Positions 55,614-64,000 of a stretch of 64,000 nucleotides of DNA are shown in pieces. Each line of letters opens with the position of its first letter. Position 1 is the first letter of the stretch. This DNA comes from Vicinamibacterales bacterium (lineage in GTDB: Bacteria > Acidobacteriota > Vicinamibacteria > Vicinamibacterales > UBA8438). Location: the NCBI GenBank assembly GCA_965220695.1, contig OZ244838.1, positions 2,623,274 to 2,687,273 on the forward strand, written 5' to 3'. The translations under genes were made by a program, and so were the position numbers. The notes under the pieces are model-generated. The model was given only the letters and a program-made list of their open reading frames with translations. It was not told where the DNA came from and ran no database searches.

Positions 55614-58372
55614 CCGGACCGGCCGCGGTCCTGCCCGACCAGAACTCGACACCGCCCTACGGCGCGTCCGAGCGTCCGCTGATCGTCCCGTTGGGGCAAG
55701 CCCTCGATGAGCGGCAGGCCGGTGGAAAGGCATCGAACCTCTCGACGCTGATCAGCCTTGGCGCGCCGGTGCCGTCGGGGTGCGTGCTGACCTGCGAGGC
55801 ATTTGGCCGATTCCTCGCGGTCGATCGGCTCGGCGCCAGGATCCACACGCTGCAGCGTCGACTCGATCCCCTGGACCCGGCCCGCAGGCGGGAGGTCTCG
55901 CGGGAGATCGGCGCGCTGGTGCGCAGCGGATCGCTGCCGGCCGACATGACGCAGGCGCTCGACGCCGTCCTGCGCGAGTTGCCGGCGGATGCCAGGCTGG
56001 CCGTGCGCAGCTCCGCAGTGGGAGAAGACGGCGCCGCGGCGTCGTTCGCCGGCCAGTTCGATTCGGTGCTGCACATCGCCAACGCGGACGCGCTGCAGCG
56101 CGCGGTGCGCACCTGCTGGGCGTCGTACTGGTCCGAGCGATCGATCTACTATCGAGCCGCGCGTCAGGCCGCGCTCGGCGGGATGGCGGTGGTCCTCCAG
56201 CGGCAAGTGGCCGCCCGCGTGTCGGGTGTGCTCTTCACCCGCGCCCCGGCCGGTACGCCGTCGGCCGCGGGTGACGATCTGGTGATCGAGTGCTGCCGCG
56301 GCCTGGCGGATCGGCTGGTGTCGGGACAGGTCGATCCTGCACGTCTCGTCGTGCCGCGTGACGAGGCGACGGCGACCGGAGCCGTGCCCGCGATCGACGG
56401 CCTGCTGACCGCGGCGGACGTCCACGCCCTGAGCGGACTGGCGCTGCGCCTCGAACGGGAGCTGGGCGCGCCGCAGGACATCGAGTGGAGCATCGACGAC
56501 GACGGGCGGCTCTGGATTCTCCAGACCCGGCCGATCACCACCGCCGCGCGTGCCGCGACCCCGACCGGCGGCAGATCGGTGCTGTGGTCGAACGCCAACG
56601 TCAACGAGAACTTTCCCTCGCCGATCTCTCCGCTGCTCTACTCGTTCGCAGCCCCGGGGTACTACCACTACTTCAGGAATCTCGGTCTGGCATTCGGGCT
56701 CTCCCGCCGCCGCCTGGCCGCGATGGACAACGCGCTGACCGCGATCATCGGCGTGCATGGCGGGCGGATGTACTACAACCTGACCAGCATCCACGCGGTG
56801 CTGCGGATGGCGCCCTGCGGCGACCATCTTGCGCAAGCGTTCAATCAGTTCGTCGGTGCGGACCAGGTCGCCCCCTCCCCCGCCGGCGCAGCGCAGTGGA
56901 GAGACGGGCGCGGCCGCACCGCCCGCTCGCTCGAACTGCTCCGCATCGCCGCCCGCACGACGTGGCAGTATCTGTTTCTGCGGCGGCGGCTGGCCGCGTT
57001 CGAAGATCGAGCGGACCGTTACGCAGACCGCACCCGGCCCGAACTGCTCGAGCGCCGGCCGTTGCCCGAGCTGCTAGCAGACCTGCGGTCGTTTCTCGAT
57101 ATCCGTTTCCACCGTTGGAAGGACGCCTCGCTCGCCGACACCGGGGCGATGATCTGCTACGCGTTGCTGCAACGCGCGCTCGCGAACGTCGATACGCGCG
57201 GCGGTCTGCACAATCGGCTGTTGCGGGCCTTGCCCGGTGTGCCGTCCACGATGCCGCCGCGGCGTCTCTGGGCGCTGTCGCGCCTGATCCGCTCGGACGT
57301 GCAGTTGGACCGGCTGTTCCGGAGCGCCGAGACCCCGGCCATTCTGGACGCGCTCCGTAGCGACGATCGGTTCGTCACCTTCCGGCAGGCATTCGACCGT
57401 TTCCTCGACGACTGGGGTTTCCGTTCGTCGGCCGAGCTGATGCTGACCGTCCCGAGCCTGCAGGAGGACCCCGCGCCGGTGATCGAGCTGCTCAAGCAGT
57501 ACGCCATCAGCGACGGCGAGCCGTTGGAGTCGGTGATGTCGCGTCAAGCCGCCGAGCGCGTGGCAGAGACGGCGCGGGTCGTCACCGGGCTGGCCCGGCG
57601 GTCCCCGGTCAAGGCGCTCGCAGTCCTGGCGTTGCTGCGATTGACGCAGACCACCGTCGCCTTCCGCGAACGGGCGCGGCTGAAGCAGGCGTTGCTCTAC
57701 ACCCGGCTGCGGCGTGTCGCGCTGGCGATCGGCCGCCATTTCGCCGACGCCGGGCATCTGTCGACAGCGGACGACATCTTCATGCTGACCTGGCAGGAGA
57801 TCGACGAGCTCGGGACAGGTCGTGCGATGTTTCCCTATCGCGTCCCTGACCTGGTCGCGCTGCGGCGGCAGGAGCAGGTGACGCTGGAGGCCATGCGGCC
57901 GTCCGCGACCATCACCCTGCCGCTCGGCGAGTACCTGCCGCCCGGGTCGAGGGCCGGCCGGCGCGGACCGCTTGACCGGCCCGGCGCAGCGCTGCCCGCG
58001 GCCTCGACGCTGCGCGGCACCGGCGCGTCGGGCGGCGTCGCCTGCGGTCCTGCGACGGTGCTCGGCGATGTGCGTGACGCCGCCCGTCTGCGCCGCGGCG
58101 ACGTGCTGGTGACCCGCCAGACCGACCCGGGCTGGGCGCCGGTGTTCGGACTGGTGTCGGGGCTCGTGATCGAACGCGGCGGACTCCTCTCGCATGGGGC
58201 GATCGTCGCGCGGGAGTTCGGTCTGCCCTGCGTCATCGGGATCGAGCACGCCACCGACACCATCCGGTCGGGTCAGCGGGTCACGGTCGATGGCGACCGC
58301 GGCATCTGCACGATCGAGCGGACGGCAGCGGAGGACGCCGCGGTGTCCGCGGGACAGCGAGGCGCCGCATGA
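55610..58372 (+). CDS. PEP-utilising-enzyme family protein (PPDK_N ATP-grasp N-terminus, long middle region, C-terminal swivel phospho-His domain)
   Basis: ATGA overlap. 'GGKASNLSTL', 'AVRSSAVGEDGAAASFAGQFDS' and 'IEWSIDDDGRLWILQTRPIT' at the N-terminus. 'GASGGVACGPA...LVTRQTDPGWAPVF....GLVIERGGLLSHGAIVAREFGLPCV' at the C-terminus. Confidence 0.8.
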   Translation: MTGPAAVLPDQNSTPPYGASERPLIVPLGQALDERQAGGKASNLSTLISLGAPVPSGCVLTCEAFGRFLAVDRLGARIHTLQRRLDPLDPARRREVSREIGALVRSGSLPADMTQALDAVLRELPADARLAVRSSAVGEDGAAASFAGQFDSVLHIANADALQRAVRTCWASYWSERSIYYRAARQAALGGMAVVLQRQVAARVSGVLFTRAPAGTPSAAGDDLVIECCRGLADRLVSGQVDPARLVVPRDEATATGAVPAIDGLLTAADVHALSGLALRLERELGAPQDIEWSIDDDGRLWILQTRPITTAARAATPTGGRSVLWSNANVNENFPSPISPLLYSFAAPGYYHYFRNLGLAFGLSRRRLAAMDNALTAIIGVHGGRMYYNLTSIHAVLRMAPCGDHLAQAFNQFVGADQVAPSPAGAAQWRDGRGRTARSLELLRIAARTTWQYLFLRRRLAAFEDRADRYADRTRPELLERRPLPELLADLRSFLDIRFHRWKDASLADTGAMICYALLQRALANVDTRGGLHNRLLRALPGVPSTMPPRRLWALSRLIRSDVQLDRLFRSAETPAILDALRSDDRFVTFRQAFDRFLDDWGFRSSAELMLTVPSLQEDPAPVIELLKQYAISDGEPLESVMSRQAAERVAETARVVTGLARRSPVKALAVLALLRLTQTTVAFRERARLKQALLYTRLRRVALAIGRHFADAGHLSTADDIFMLTWQEIDELGTGRAMFPYRVPDLVALRRQEQVTLEAMRPSATITLPLGEYLPPGSRAGRRGPLDRPGAALPAASTLRGTGASGGVACGPATVLGDVRDAARLRRGDVLVTRQTDPGWAPVFGLVSGLVIERGGLLSHGAIVAREFGLPCVIGIEHATDTIRSGQRVTVDGDRGICTIERTAAEDAAVSAGQRGAA

Positions 58373-58941
58373 CCCGCCTGTTCGCGGCGTACATCGTCGA
58401 GCGGTTCCGCCCTGTCGTGTTCATCCCGGCGATCACGCTGCAGGTCGTGCTGGCGCTGTGGGCCGCCAACGCGGAGCCGACCGCGGGGCGTCTCGTCCCG
58501 GCCGCCGGTCTGGCCGCCCTGCTCCTGCTGCAGTTCCGGCTCTGGGACGATCTCGAAGACCGCGACCGGGACCGGGTGACCCATCCCGAGCGGGTCCTGG
58601 TCGTTGCGTCACCGGCACCGTTTCGCCGTGCGCTGGCCGCCATCGGGCTGGGCGCCCTCGCCCTGTTCGCGGCGGGTCCGTCCACGGCCGCGCTGGCCGG
58701 GCTCGTCCTCCTGGATGCCGTGTTCGCCGCGGCCTACCGGCTGCGCGCCCGCGTGTCGGACCACGTGTGGCGGTTTCGCGTGCTGCTACTCAAGTATCCG
58801 GTCTTCGTCGGTCTCATCGCCACGGTCAGCGGCGAGCCACGGCCGTGGCGCCTGGCGCTCGCCATGGCGCTGATGTACGCCGCGGCCTGCGGCCATGAGG
58901 CGATGCACGACCGTGTCGGGACGATGGGAGCCCTGTCATGA
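58369..58941 (+). CDS. small polytopic membrane protein with a UbiA-type DDxxDxxxD motif
   Basis: ATGA overlap. 190 aa with about 6 TM segments. 'FRLWDDLEDRDRD' matches the (N/D)DxxDxxxD first aspartate-rich motif of UbiA prenyltransferases. No clear second motif. Confidence 0.45.
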   Translation: MTRLFAAYIVERFRPVVFIPAITLQVVLALWAANAEPTAGRLVPAAGLAALLLLQFRLWDDLEDRDRDRVTHPERVLVVASPAPFRRALAAIGLGALALFAAGPSTAALAGLVLLDAVFAAAYRLRARVSDHVWRFRVLLLKYPVFVGLIATVSGEPRPWRLALAMALMYAAACGHEAMHDRVGTMGALS

Positions 58942-59933
58942 CCTCTACGCTCGCGATCGATGCTGCGGTGGATGTGGGCCGGGAGCGGCCCCTCGGCGAG
59001 GACACGGATTTCGAGGCGGTGGCCTGCTGCGGCTGCGGTCTGGGCGCGTCCGACCCCTTCATCACCGCCGAGGATGACCTGACGGGACGTCCCGGCCGCT
59101 TCACGTTCCGGCGCTGTCGGGGGTGCGGGCTGGTGTATCAGACGCCCCGTCTGACCATCGAGCGCGTCAAGGACTACTACGACGACGACTACCTGGCCCA
59201 CCGGACACAGTCCGGCTGGGGGTGGATGTCTCCGTTGTTTCACTGGGCGCTGGGGTCGATCGACCGCGAGAAGCTGCGGATCTGCACCCGATACCTCGCC
59301 CTCGACTCGTCGAGCACCGTGCTTGACGTGGGCTGCGGCGGCGGCACGTTCCTGGCCCATATCCGGGAGCGGCAGGGATCGACCGGGGTCGGCGTCGACT
59401 TCGTGGATCTCGCCGATCGGCCTCCGCTGCGCGACAGCGAGTTCCACTGCGGCCTGTTCTACGACCAGGATGTGGGAACCCGCCGGTTCGACCTCGTCAC
59501 GATGTGGCACTTCCTCGAACACGACTACGCGCCGCTCCGGTCGCTGGTCGCCGCGGGTCGCGCGCTGAAGGACGACGGGCGGCTGGTCATCGAGGTGCCG
59601 CGGCTCGACAGTGTGACGTTCCGTCTGTTCGGAGACCGCTGGCCCGGACTGCAGGCGCCCCAGCATACGGCGCTCTACGACCGGGCGGCGTTGTTGAGGC
59701 TGGTCGACCGGGCCGGTCTGGATGTGGTCGACTACCTCCCCTACGGCGCCTTTCCACCGTACTTCTACATCTTCTGCGGTGTGGCGTTTCGCCTGTTGCA
59801 GGGACGCGGGCTGAACATGCGCCGCGCCATCTATCCCTATTTCGCCGGGCAGGTGCTGCTGCAGCCGCTGCTGATTCCCGTGAAACGCTGCAACCTCGCC
59901 ATGCAGACCGTCGTCTGCCGGAGGCGATCATGA
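58938..59933 (+). CDS. class I SAM-dependent methyltransferase with an N-terminal Cys4 ribbon
   Basis: ATGA overlap. 'CCGCG...CRGCG' ribbon. 'VLDVGCGGGTFL' motif I. 'FDLVTMWHFLEH'. Confidence 0.8.
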   Translation: MTSTLAIDAAVDVGRERPLGEDTDFEAVACCGCGLGASDPFITAEDDLTGRPGRFTFRRCRGCGLVYQTPRLTIERVKDYYDDDYLAHRTQSGWGWMSPLFHWALGSIDREKLRICTRYLALDSSSTVLDVGCGGGTFLAHIRERQGSTGVGVDFVDLADRPPLRDSEFHCGLFYDQDVGTRRFDLVTMWHFLEHDYAPLRSLVAAGRALKDDGRLVIEVPRLDSVTFRLFGDRWPGLQAPQHTALYDRAALLRLVDRAGLDVVDYLPYGAFPPYFYIFCGVAFRLLQGRGLNMRRAIYPYFAGQVLLQPLLIPVKRCNLAMQTVVCRRRS

Positions 59934-60748
59934 GCGAACCCGCCGCCACGACCCCGCGGGCGAACGGTCTGCGGCGCTGCCGCGTGGTCGCGCTGGCGGT
60001 CGTCAGTGGCGTGCTCATCAGCGCGGCCGCCCTGGCGCTCGTTCCGGTCGCCTGCCTGACGCTGTGTCGGGCGCGCCGCCTGTACACGCGCGTGGCGACC
60101 CTCGCCGCGCGGGCGGTCCTTCGCATCTGGGGCATCCGGGTGGTCGTCCATCAGGACCAACCGTTCCCGGCCGAACAGACCGTCTATGTCGCGAATCACT
60201 CGTCGACGATCGACCTGTTCGTGCTGGTGGCGCTCGGTCTGCCGAATACCCGGTTCTTTCTGGCCGGGCATCTCCGCTGGTTCGTGCCGCTGGGGTTCAT
60301 CGCGCAGCTCATGGGGACGTTCTTCACGGCCCCCCAGCACCGGCCGGCGGTTCGTGTGCGGATCTTCCAACGGGCCGACCGCGCGCTGCGCCGGACCGGA
60401 GAATCGGTGTTCCTGAGCCCCGAGGGGGCGCGCATCACGACCGGCGAGATCGGTCACTTCAACAAGGGCGCGTTCCATCTGGCCACCAGTCTCCGGGCGC
60501 CGATCGTTCCGCTCTACTTCAAGATTCCTCCCGAGATCGATCCGGGCCTCGGGTACGACGCGCGGCCGGGCACCGTGCGCGTCCACGTCAAGCCGCGGAT
60601 CGACACAACCGGCTGGCGGCTCGACGAGCTCGCGTCGAACGTAGGCGCTGTCCGCCGACAGTTCATCCACTGGCACCACGAACACCGGGGAGCAACACAT
60701 GTTCGACCCAGTCAGCACCCATCGGTCCTCTCCGCCGCCGCGTCATGA
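59930..60748 (+). CDS. lysophospholipid (1-acyl-sn-glycerol-3-phosphate) acyltransferase, PlsC-like
   Basis: ATGA overlap, GGAGG RBS. HX4D 'NHSSTID', 'FLSPEGAR' and 'PIVPL'. Confidence 0.8.
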   Translation: MSEPAATTPRANGLRRCRVVALAVVSGVLISAAALALVPVACLTLCRARRLYTRVATLAARAVLRIWGIRVVVHQDQPFPAEQTVYVANHSSTIDLFVLVALGLPNTRFFLAGHLRWFVPLGFIAQLMGTFFTAPQHRPAVRVRIFQRADRALRRTGESVFLSPEGARITTGEIGHFNKGAFHLATSLRAPIVPLYFKIPPEIDPGLGYDARPGTVRVHVKPRIDTTGWRLDELASNVGAVRRQFIHWHHEHRGATHVRPSQHPSVLSAAAS

Positions 60749-62627
60749 ACGGTGGCCGCCGGTCGCGCCGTCCTCTGCGTCCGTGCGTGGCCCGGCGCGC
60801 GGCACCGCCTTCGCCGGCAGGTCGCTGGTCGAGCTGCTGCGGTTCCGGGCCCGTGTGCAGCCGGACGAGCAGGCCTTCGTCTTTCTCCGTGACGGCGAGT
60901 ACGAAAGCGACGTGGTCAGCTACGCCGAACTCGACCGCCGCGGCCGGATGCTCGCCGCGCATCTCCAGCGCCGCGTACCGCCGGGCGCCAGGGCGCTGTT
61001 GCTCTATCCGCCCGGTCTGGAGTTCATTGCGGCGTTCTTCGGATGTCTGTACGCGCGGGTGGTGGCGGTACCCGTCTTCCCGCCGAGATGGCGCGCGCCC
61101 GACCGCAACCTCGCGCGGGCGATCGCGATCGCCGAGGACGCGACACCGGACGTCGTGCTGAGCACGACCGAGACGGCCGAACGGTGGGCGCACGCGGTGG
61201 CCGATGGGACGGCGCCGCGGCTCGCGACCGCCGCCCGCGGGGGGCAGGCTGGCGACGGGGCGGCGGCCTGGGTGGCGACCGACGCGCTCGATGAACCGTC
61301 CCTGCCGGCATGGTCGGATCCCGGTCCGGACCGGCGCACGCTGGCCTTCCTCCAATACACCTCCGGCTCGACCGCGGCCCCGCGGGGCGTGATGGTCAGC
61401 CACGGCAACCTGCTGCACAACCTTTCGTACGCGTTCCGCCAGGCCGGCAACGACCGATCGTCGGTGTCGGTCTCGTGGCTTCCGGTCGAGCACGACATGG
61501 GGCTCATCGATGGCGTGCTGCAACCCGTCTACAGCGGGTGTCCGGCCTATCTGATGTCACCGACCGCATTCCTGCAGCGACCGGTCCGGTGGCTGCGAGC
61601 GATTGCCAGATACCGGGCGACGCGCAGCGGCGCCCCGAACTTCGCGTACGACCTGTGCGTGCGCCGCATCGCAGCCGATGAGCGGGCGGCGCTCGATCTG
61701 CGGAGCTGGCGTGACGCCTACAACGGGGCGGAGCCGATCCGCCGGGACACCCTCGAACGGTTCGCCGCCACGTTCGCGGACAGCGGCTTTCGACCGACCG
61801 CGTTCCGGCCCTGCTACGGCCTGGCCGAAGCGACGCTGCTGGTGACGAGCGGCCGCTACGGCGCCGGCGCGGCGCGGCGATCACCCGCTGCGGCCGCCGC
61901 GGTTGGCGCGGCCGGCGTCTCCTGCGGACGCCCGGACGGCGGGACAACGGTCATCGTTGTCGATCCCGGAAGCCGTCATCGTTGCGCGGACGGCGTGGTC
62001 GGCGAGGTCTGGGTTCAGGGGCCGGGCGTCGCCGCCGGCTACTGGAACCGACCCGCGCACTCGGCACGTTCGTTCGCCGCCCGCACGGCCGACGGCCGTG
62101 GCCCGTTCCTGCGGACCGGAGACCTGGGTGTCATCGGCAGGCGCGGTCTGCAGATAACCGGTCGTCTGAAGGACGTGCTGATCGTCCGGGGCACGAAGCA
62201 CTACCCACAGGATCTGGAGCGCACCGCCGAAGGTCTGCATGACGCCGTCAGGCCCGGCTGCGTCGCCGCCTTCGGGGTCGGCCGCGGTGTGTCCGGGGAC
62301 CGCATCGCCCTCGTCGCCGAAGTCGATCGGCACGCGCTCGCCGCACCCGATGCGGCCCACGAGGCGATCGCCGCCATTCGGCGCGGCACGACCGACGCGC
62401 ACGGCGTCCAGGTCAGCGCGGTCACGCTGGTCGAGCCGGGGGGCGTCGAGAAGACCACCAGCGGGAAGGTGCGCCGGTTCGCCTGCCGCGACGCGCTGCT
62501 GGCCGGGACGCTGGCCGTCGTCGCGTGCTGGCGCCAGCCGACCGCGCATCAGGCTCGCGCCGCCAACACGCCGCCGTCTCCGGTCGAGTTCGCGGCCGAT
62601 GTCGCACAGGAGCTGGCATGCCCGTGA
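60699..62627 (+). CDS. fatty acyl-AMP ligase (FAAL)
   Basis: GGGGAG RBS 7 nt before ATG 60699 (50-nt overlap with plsC-like). 'LAFLQYTSGSTAAPRGVMVSHGNLLHN', 'YGLAE' and 'TGDLG' motifs. Ends without a carrier domain. Confidence 0.8.
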   Translation: MFDPVSTHRSSPPPRHERWPPVAPSSASVRGPARGTAFAGRSLVELLRFRARVQPDEQAFVFLRDGEYESDVVSYAELDRRGRMLAAHLQRRVPPGARALLLYPPGLEFIAAFFGCLYARVVAVPVFPPRWRAPDRNLARAIAIAEDATPDVVLSTTETAERWAHAVADGTAPRLATAARGGQAGDGAAAWVATDALDEPSLPAWSDPGPDRRTLAFLQYTSGSTAAPRGVMVSHGNLLHNLSYAFRQAGNDRSSVSVSWLPVEHDMGLIDGVLQPVYSGCPAYLMSPTAFLQRPVRWLRAIARYRATRSGAPNFAYDLCVRRIAADERAALDLRSWRDAYNGAEPIRRDTLERFAATFADSGFRPTAFRPCYGLAEATLLVTSGRYGAGAARRSPAAAAAVGAAGVSCGRPDGGTTVIVVDPGSRHRCADGVVGEVWVQGPGVAAGYWNRPAHSARSFAARTADGRGPFLRTGDLGVIGRRGLQITGRLKDVLIVRGTKHYPQDLERTAEGLHDAVRPGCVAAFGVGRGVSGDRIALVAEVDRHALAAPDAAHEAIAAIRRGTTDAHGVQVSAVTLVEPGGVEKTTSGKVRRFACRDALLAGTLAVVACWRQPTAHQARAANTPPSPVEFAADVAQELACP

Positions 62628-64000
62628 CGGTGGAAGGCGCAACGGTCAAGGAAGTGCGGAGCCGGGTGAGCGCAGTCGTCGCCGGCTGTCTCGGGGTTGC
62701 CCCCGCGGAGATCGACCCGCGTGAACCGCTGGCGCTGTATGGCCTCGACTCCCTGCGTGCGATCGAGCTCGGCGCGGGGCTGGAAGATGCCTTCGACCGG
62801 CCGCTGCCGGATGCGCTCCTGGCCGGCCAAGCGAGCATCGATGCGCTGGTCGGCATGCTGGACGATGGCGGGCCGTACCCGCGCGCCCGGGATGCCGGCC
62901 GCGCGCGCGCCCAGATGCGGGCGGACGGCGTGCTGCCGTGCGACATCCGCCCTGGCGCCGTGCCGACACCGGCGTCGCCAGCCCGCTGCGTCCTGCTCAC
63001 CGGCGCCACCGGGTTTCTGGGCGCACATCTCCTCAAGACGCTGCTGACGGACACCGGCGCGGAGGTCCTGTGTCTCGTGCGGGACAGTGGATCAGGCGCC
63101 GACCCGGCGCGCCGGGTGCGTCGCAACCTCGAACAATACCGTCTGTGGGACCACGCCTTCGGCAGCCGCGTGCACATCGTGACCGGCGATCTCTCGCAGC
63201 CGGGACTCGGGCTCACCGCCCAGACGCGCGCGACGATTGGATCGACCGTCGACGCCGTCTACCACGCTGCGGCCGACGTCAACTGGGTCTCCCCGTACGG
63301 CGCGCTGCGCGCCGCCAACGTCGTCGCCACCCGGGACCTGATCCGGTTGGCCTGTCAGGGCCGGCCGACGGCGTTCCACTTCATCTCGAGTCTCGCGGTC
63401 TGCCACGCCGCCGGTCGACGGCGCGCCGTCACCGAGGACGACGACCTGTTCGCGAGCATCGAGCGGCTGCCGATCGGGTACGCCCAAAGCAAGTGCGTCG
63501 CCGAGGCGCTGGTGCGTCAGGCGCAGGCGCGCGGGCTGCGCACCACGATCCACCGGCCCGCCCTGCTCAGCGGCGATGCCGTCACCGGTGTCTCGAAGCA
63601 CGACGACCTCGTGTCCTCGTTGTTCAAGGGCTGCATTCAGATGGGGATGGCGCCCGACCTCGATTGGCGGATCGATGCGATACCGGTCGACCAGGCGGCG
63701 CGGGCCATTGTGCACCTGACGGCCGACGCTCCCCGCGGATGCGACCGCTTTCACGAGAACGCGCGTCAGGCGCGGCACTGGCGCGAGTCCGTCCTCTGGA
63801 TGAACCTGTTCGGCTATCCAGTCGCGCTCGTGCCATACGACCGCTGGATCGACGAGCTTGCCCGAACCGCCGTGTCGGCGGATCATGCCCTGCATCGCAT
63901 GCGCGGGTTCTTTCTGAGACGCTGGACGGATGGATCGACCATTCCGGAGCTGTATCAGGAGACCCGCTGCAGCGCCCCCCGCAGCGAGCGGACACAGGCA
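62618..64000 (+). CDS. acyl carrier domain fused to a thioester reductase (NAD_binding_4) domain; 3'-partial at the window edge
   Basis: Absent from the ORF track (no stop in the window). AGGAG RBS, ATG 62618 overlapping the FAAL stop. 'LYGLDSLRAIEL' (PP-binding Ser), 'LLTGATGFLGAHLL' and 'YAQSK'. The frame stays open to 64000. Confidence 0.8.
   Translation, partial: MPVTVEGATVKEVRSRVSAVVAGCLGVAPAEIDPREPLALYGLDSLRAIELGAGLEDAFDRPLPDALLAGQASIDALVGMLDDGGPYPRARDAGRARAQMRADGVLPCDIRPGAVPTPASPARCVLLTGATGFLGAHLLKTLLTDTGAEVLCLVRDSGSGADPARRVRRNLEQYRLWDHAFGSRVHIVTGDLSQPGLGLTAQTRATIGSTVDAVYHAAADVNWVSPYGALRAANVVATRDLIRLACQGRPTAFHFISSLAVCHAAGRRRAVTEDDDLFASIERLPIGYAQSKCVAEALVRQAQARGLRTTIHRPALLSGDAVTGVSKHDDLVSSLFKGCIQMGMAPDLDWRIDAIPVDQAARAIVHLTADAPRGCDRFHENARQARHWRESVLWMNLFGYPVALVPYDRWIDELARTAVSADHALHRMRGFFLRRWTDGSTIPELYQETRCSAPRSERTQA

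Overview
High-GC (about 70%) bacterial chromosomal window. The gene content (secreted PQQ-like beta-propellers, DUF4159, CarboxypepD_reg-like proteins, GC-rich REP-like hairpins) suggests Acidobacteriota or Gemmatimonadota, but this is inference only. I support about 50 protein-coding genes. No rRNA, tRNA or CRISPR was recognised. Many long ORFs in the track are antisense or alternate-frame GC artefacts.

Main observations:
1. A tightly overlapping 8-gene operon runs from 54064 to the window edge. It encodes a desaturase, a CDP-archaeol-synthase-like protein, a PPDK_N/swivel-His kinase-like protein, a membrane protein with a UbiA-type motif, a SAM methyltransferase, a PlsC-like acyltransferase, a FAAL and an ACP-thioester reductase. 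It looks like an undescribed glycerolipid, possibly ether-lipid, pathway. Its last gene is missing from the ORF track because it has no stop codon in the window.
2. A radical SAM gene has a called stop that is an in-frame UGA within Cys-UGA-Ala-Glu-Pro, followed by a SECIS-like hairpin. It is probably a selenoprotein. It is start/stop-coupled to a sodium:solute symporter and followed by an ATP-grasp gene.
3. The 5' end of that ATP-grasp gene is tandemly triplicated (60 bp x3), creating two in-frame 19-codon mini-ORFs.
4. Five copies of a 159-257 bp MITE-like element carry about 27-bp terminal inverted repeats and 2-bp flanking duplications. One copy splits a vapC toxin gene, one replaces the metF 3' end, and one abuts a frame-disrupted glutamate dehydrogenase.
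5. A perfect 24-bp inverted repeat brackets a wHTH-TPR regulator gene next to the lipid operon.

Also present: AbiEii-type and VapBC-type toxin-antitoxin loci, an IS481 remnant, and housekeeping genes (nadE, metF, yggX, an ABC transporter, and others).
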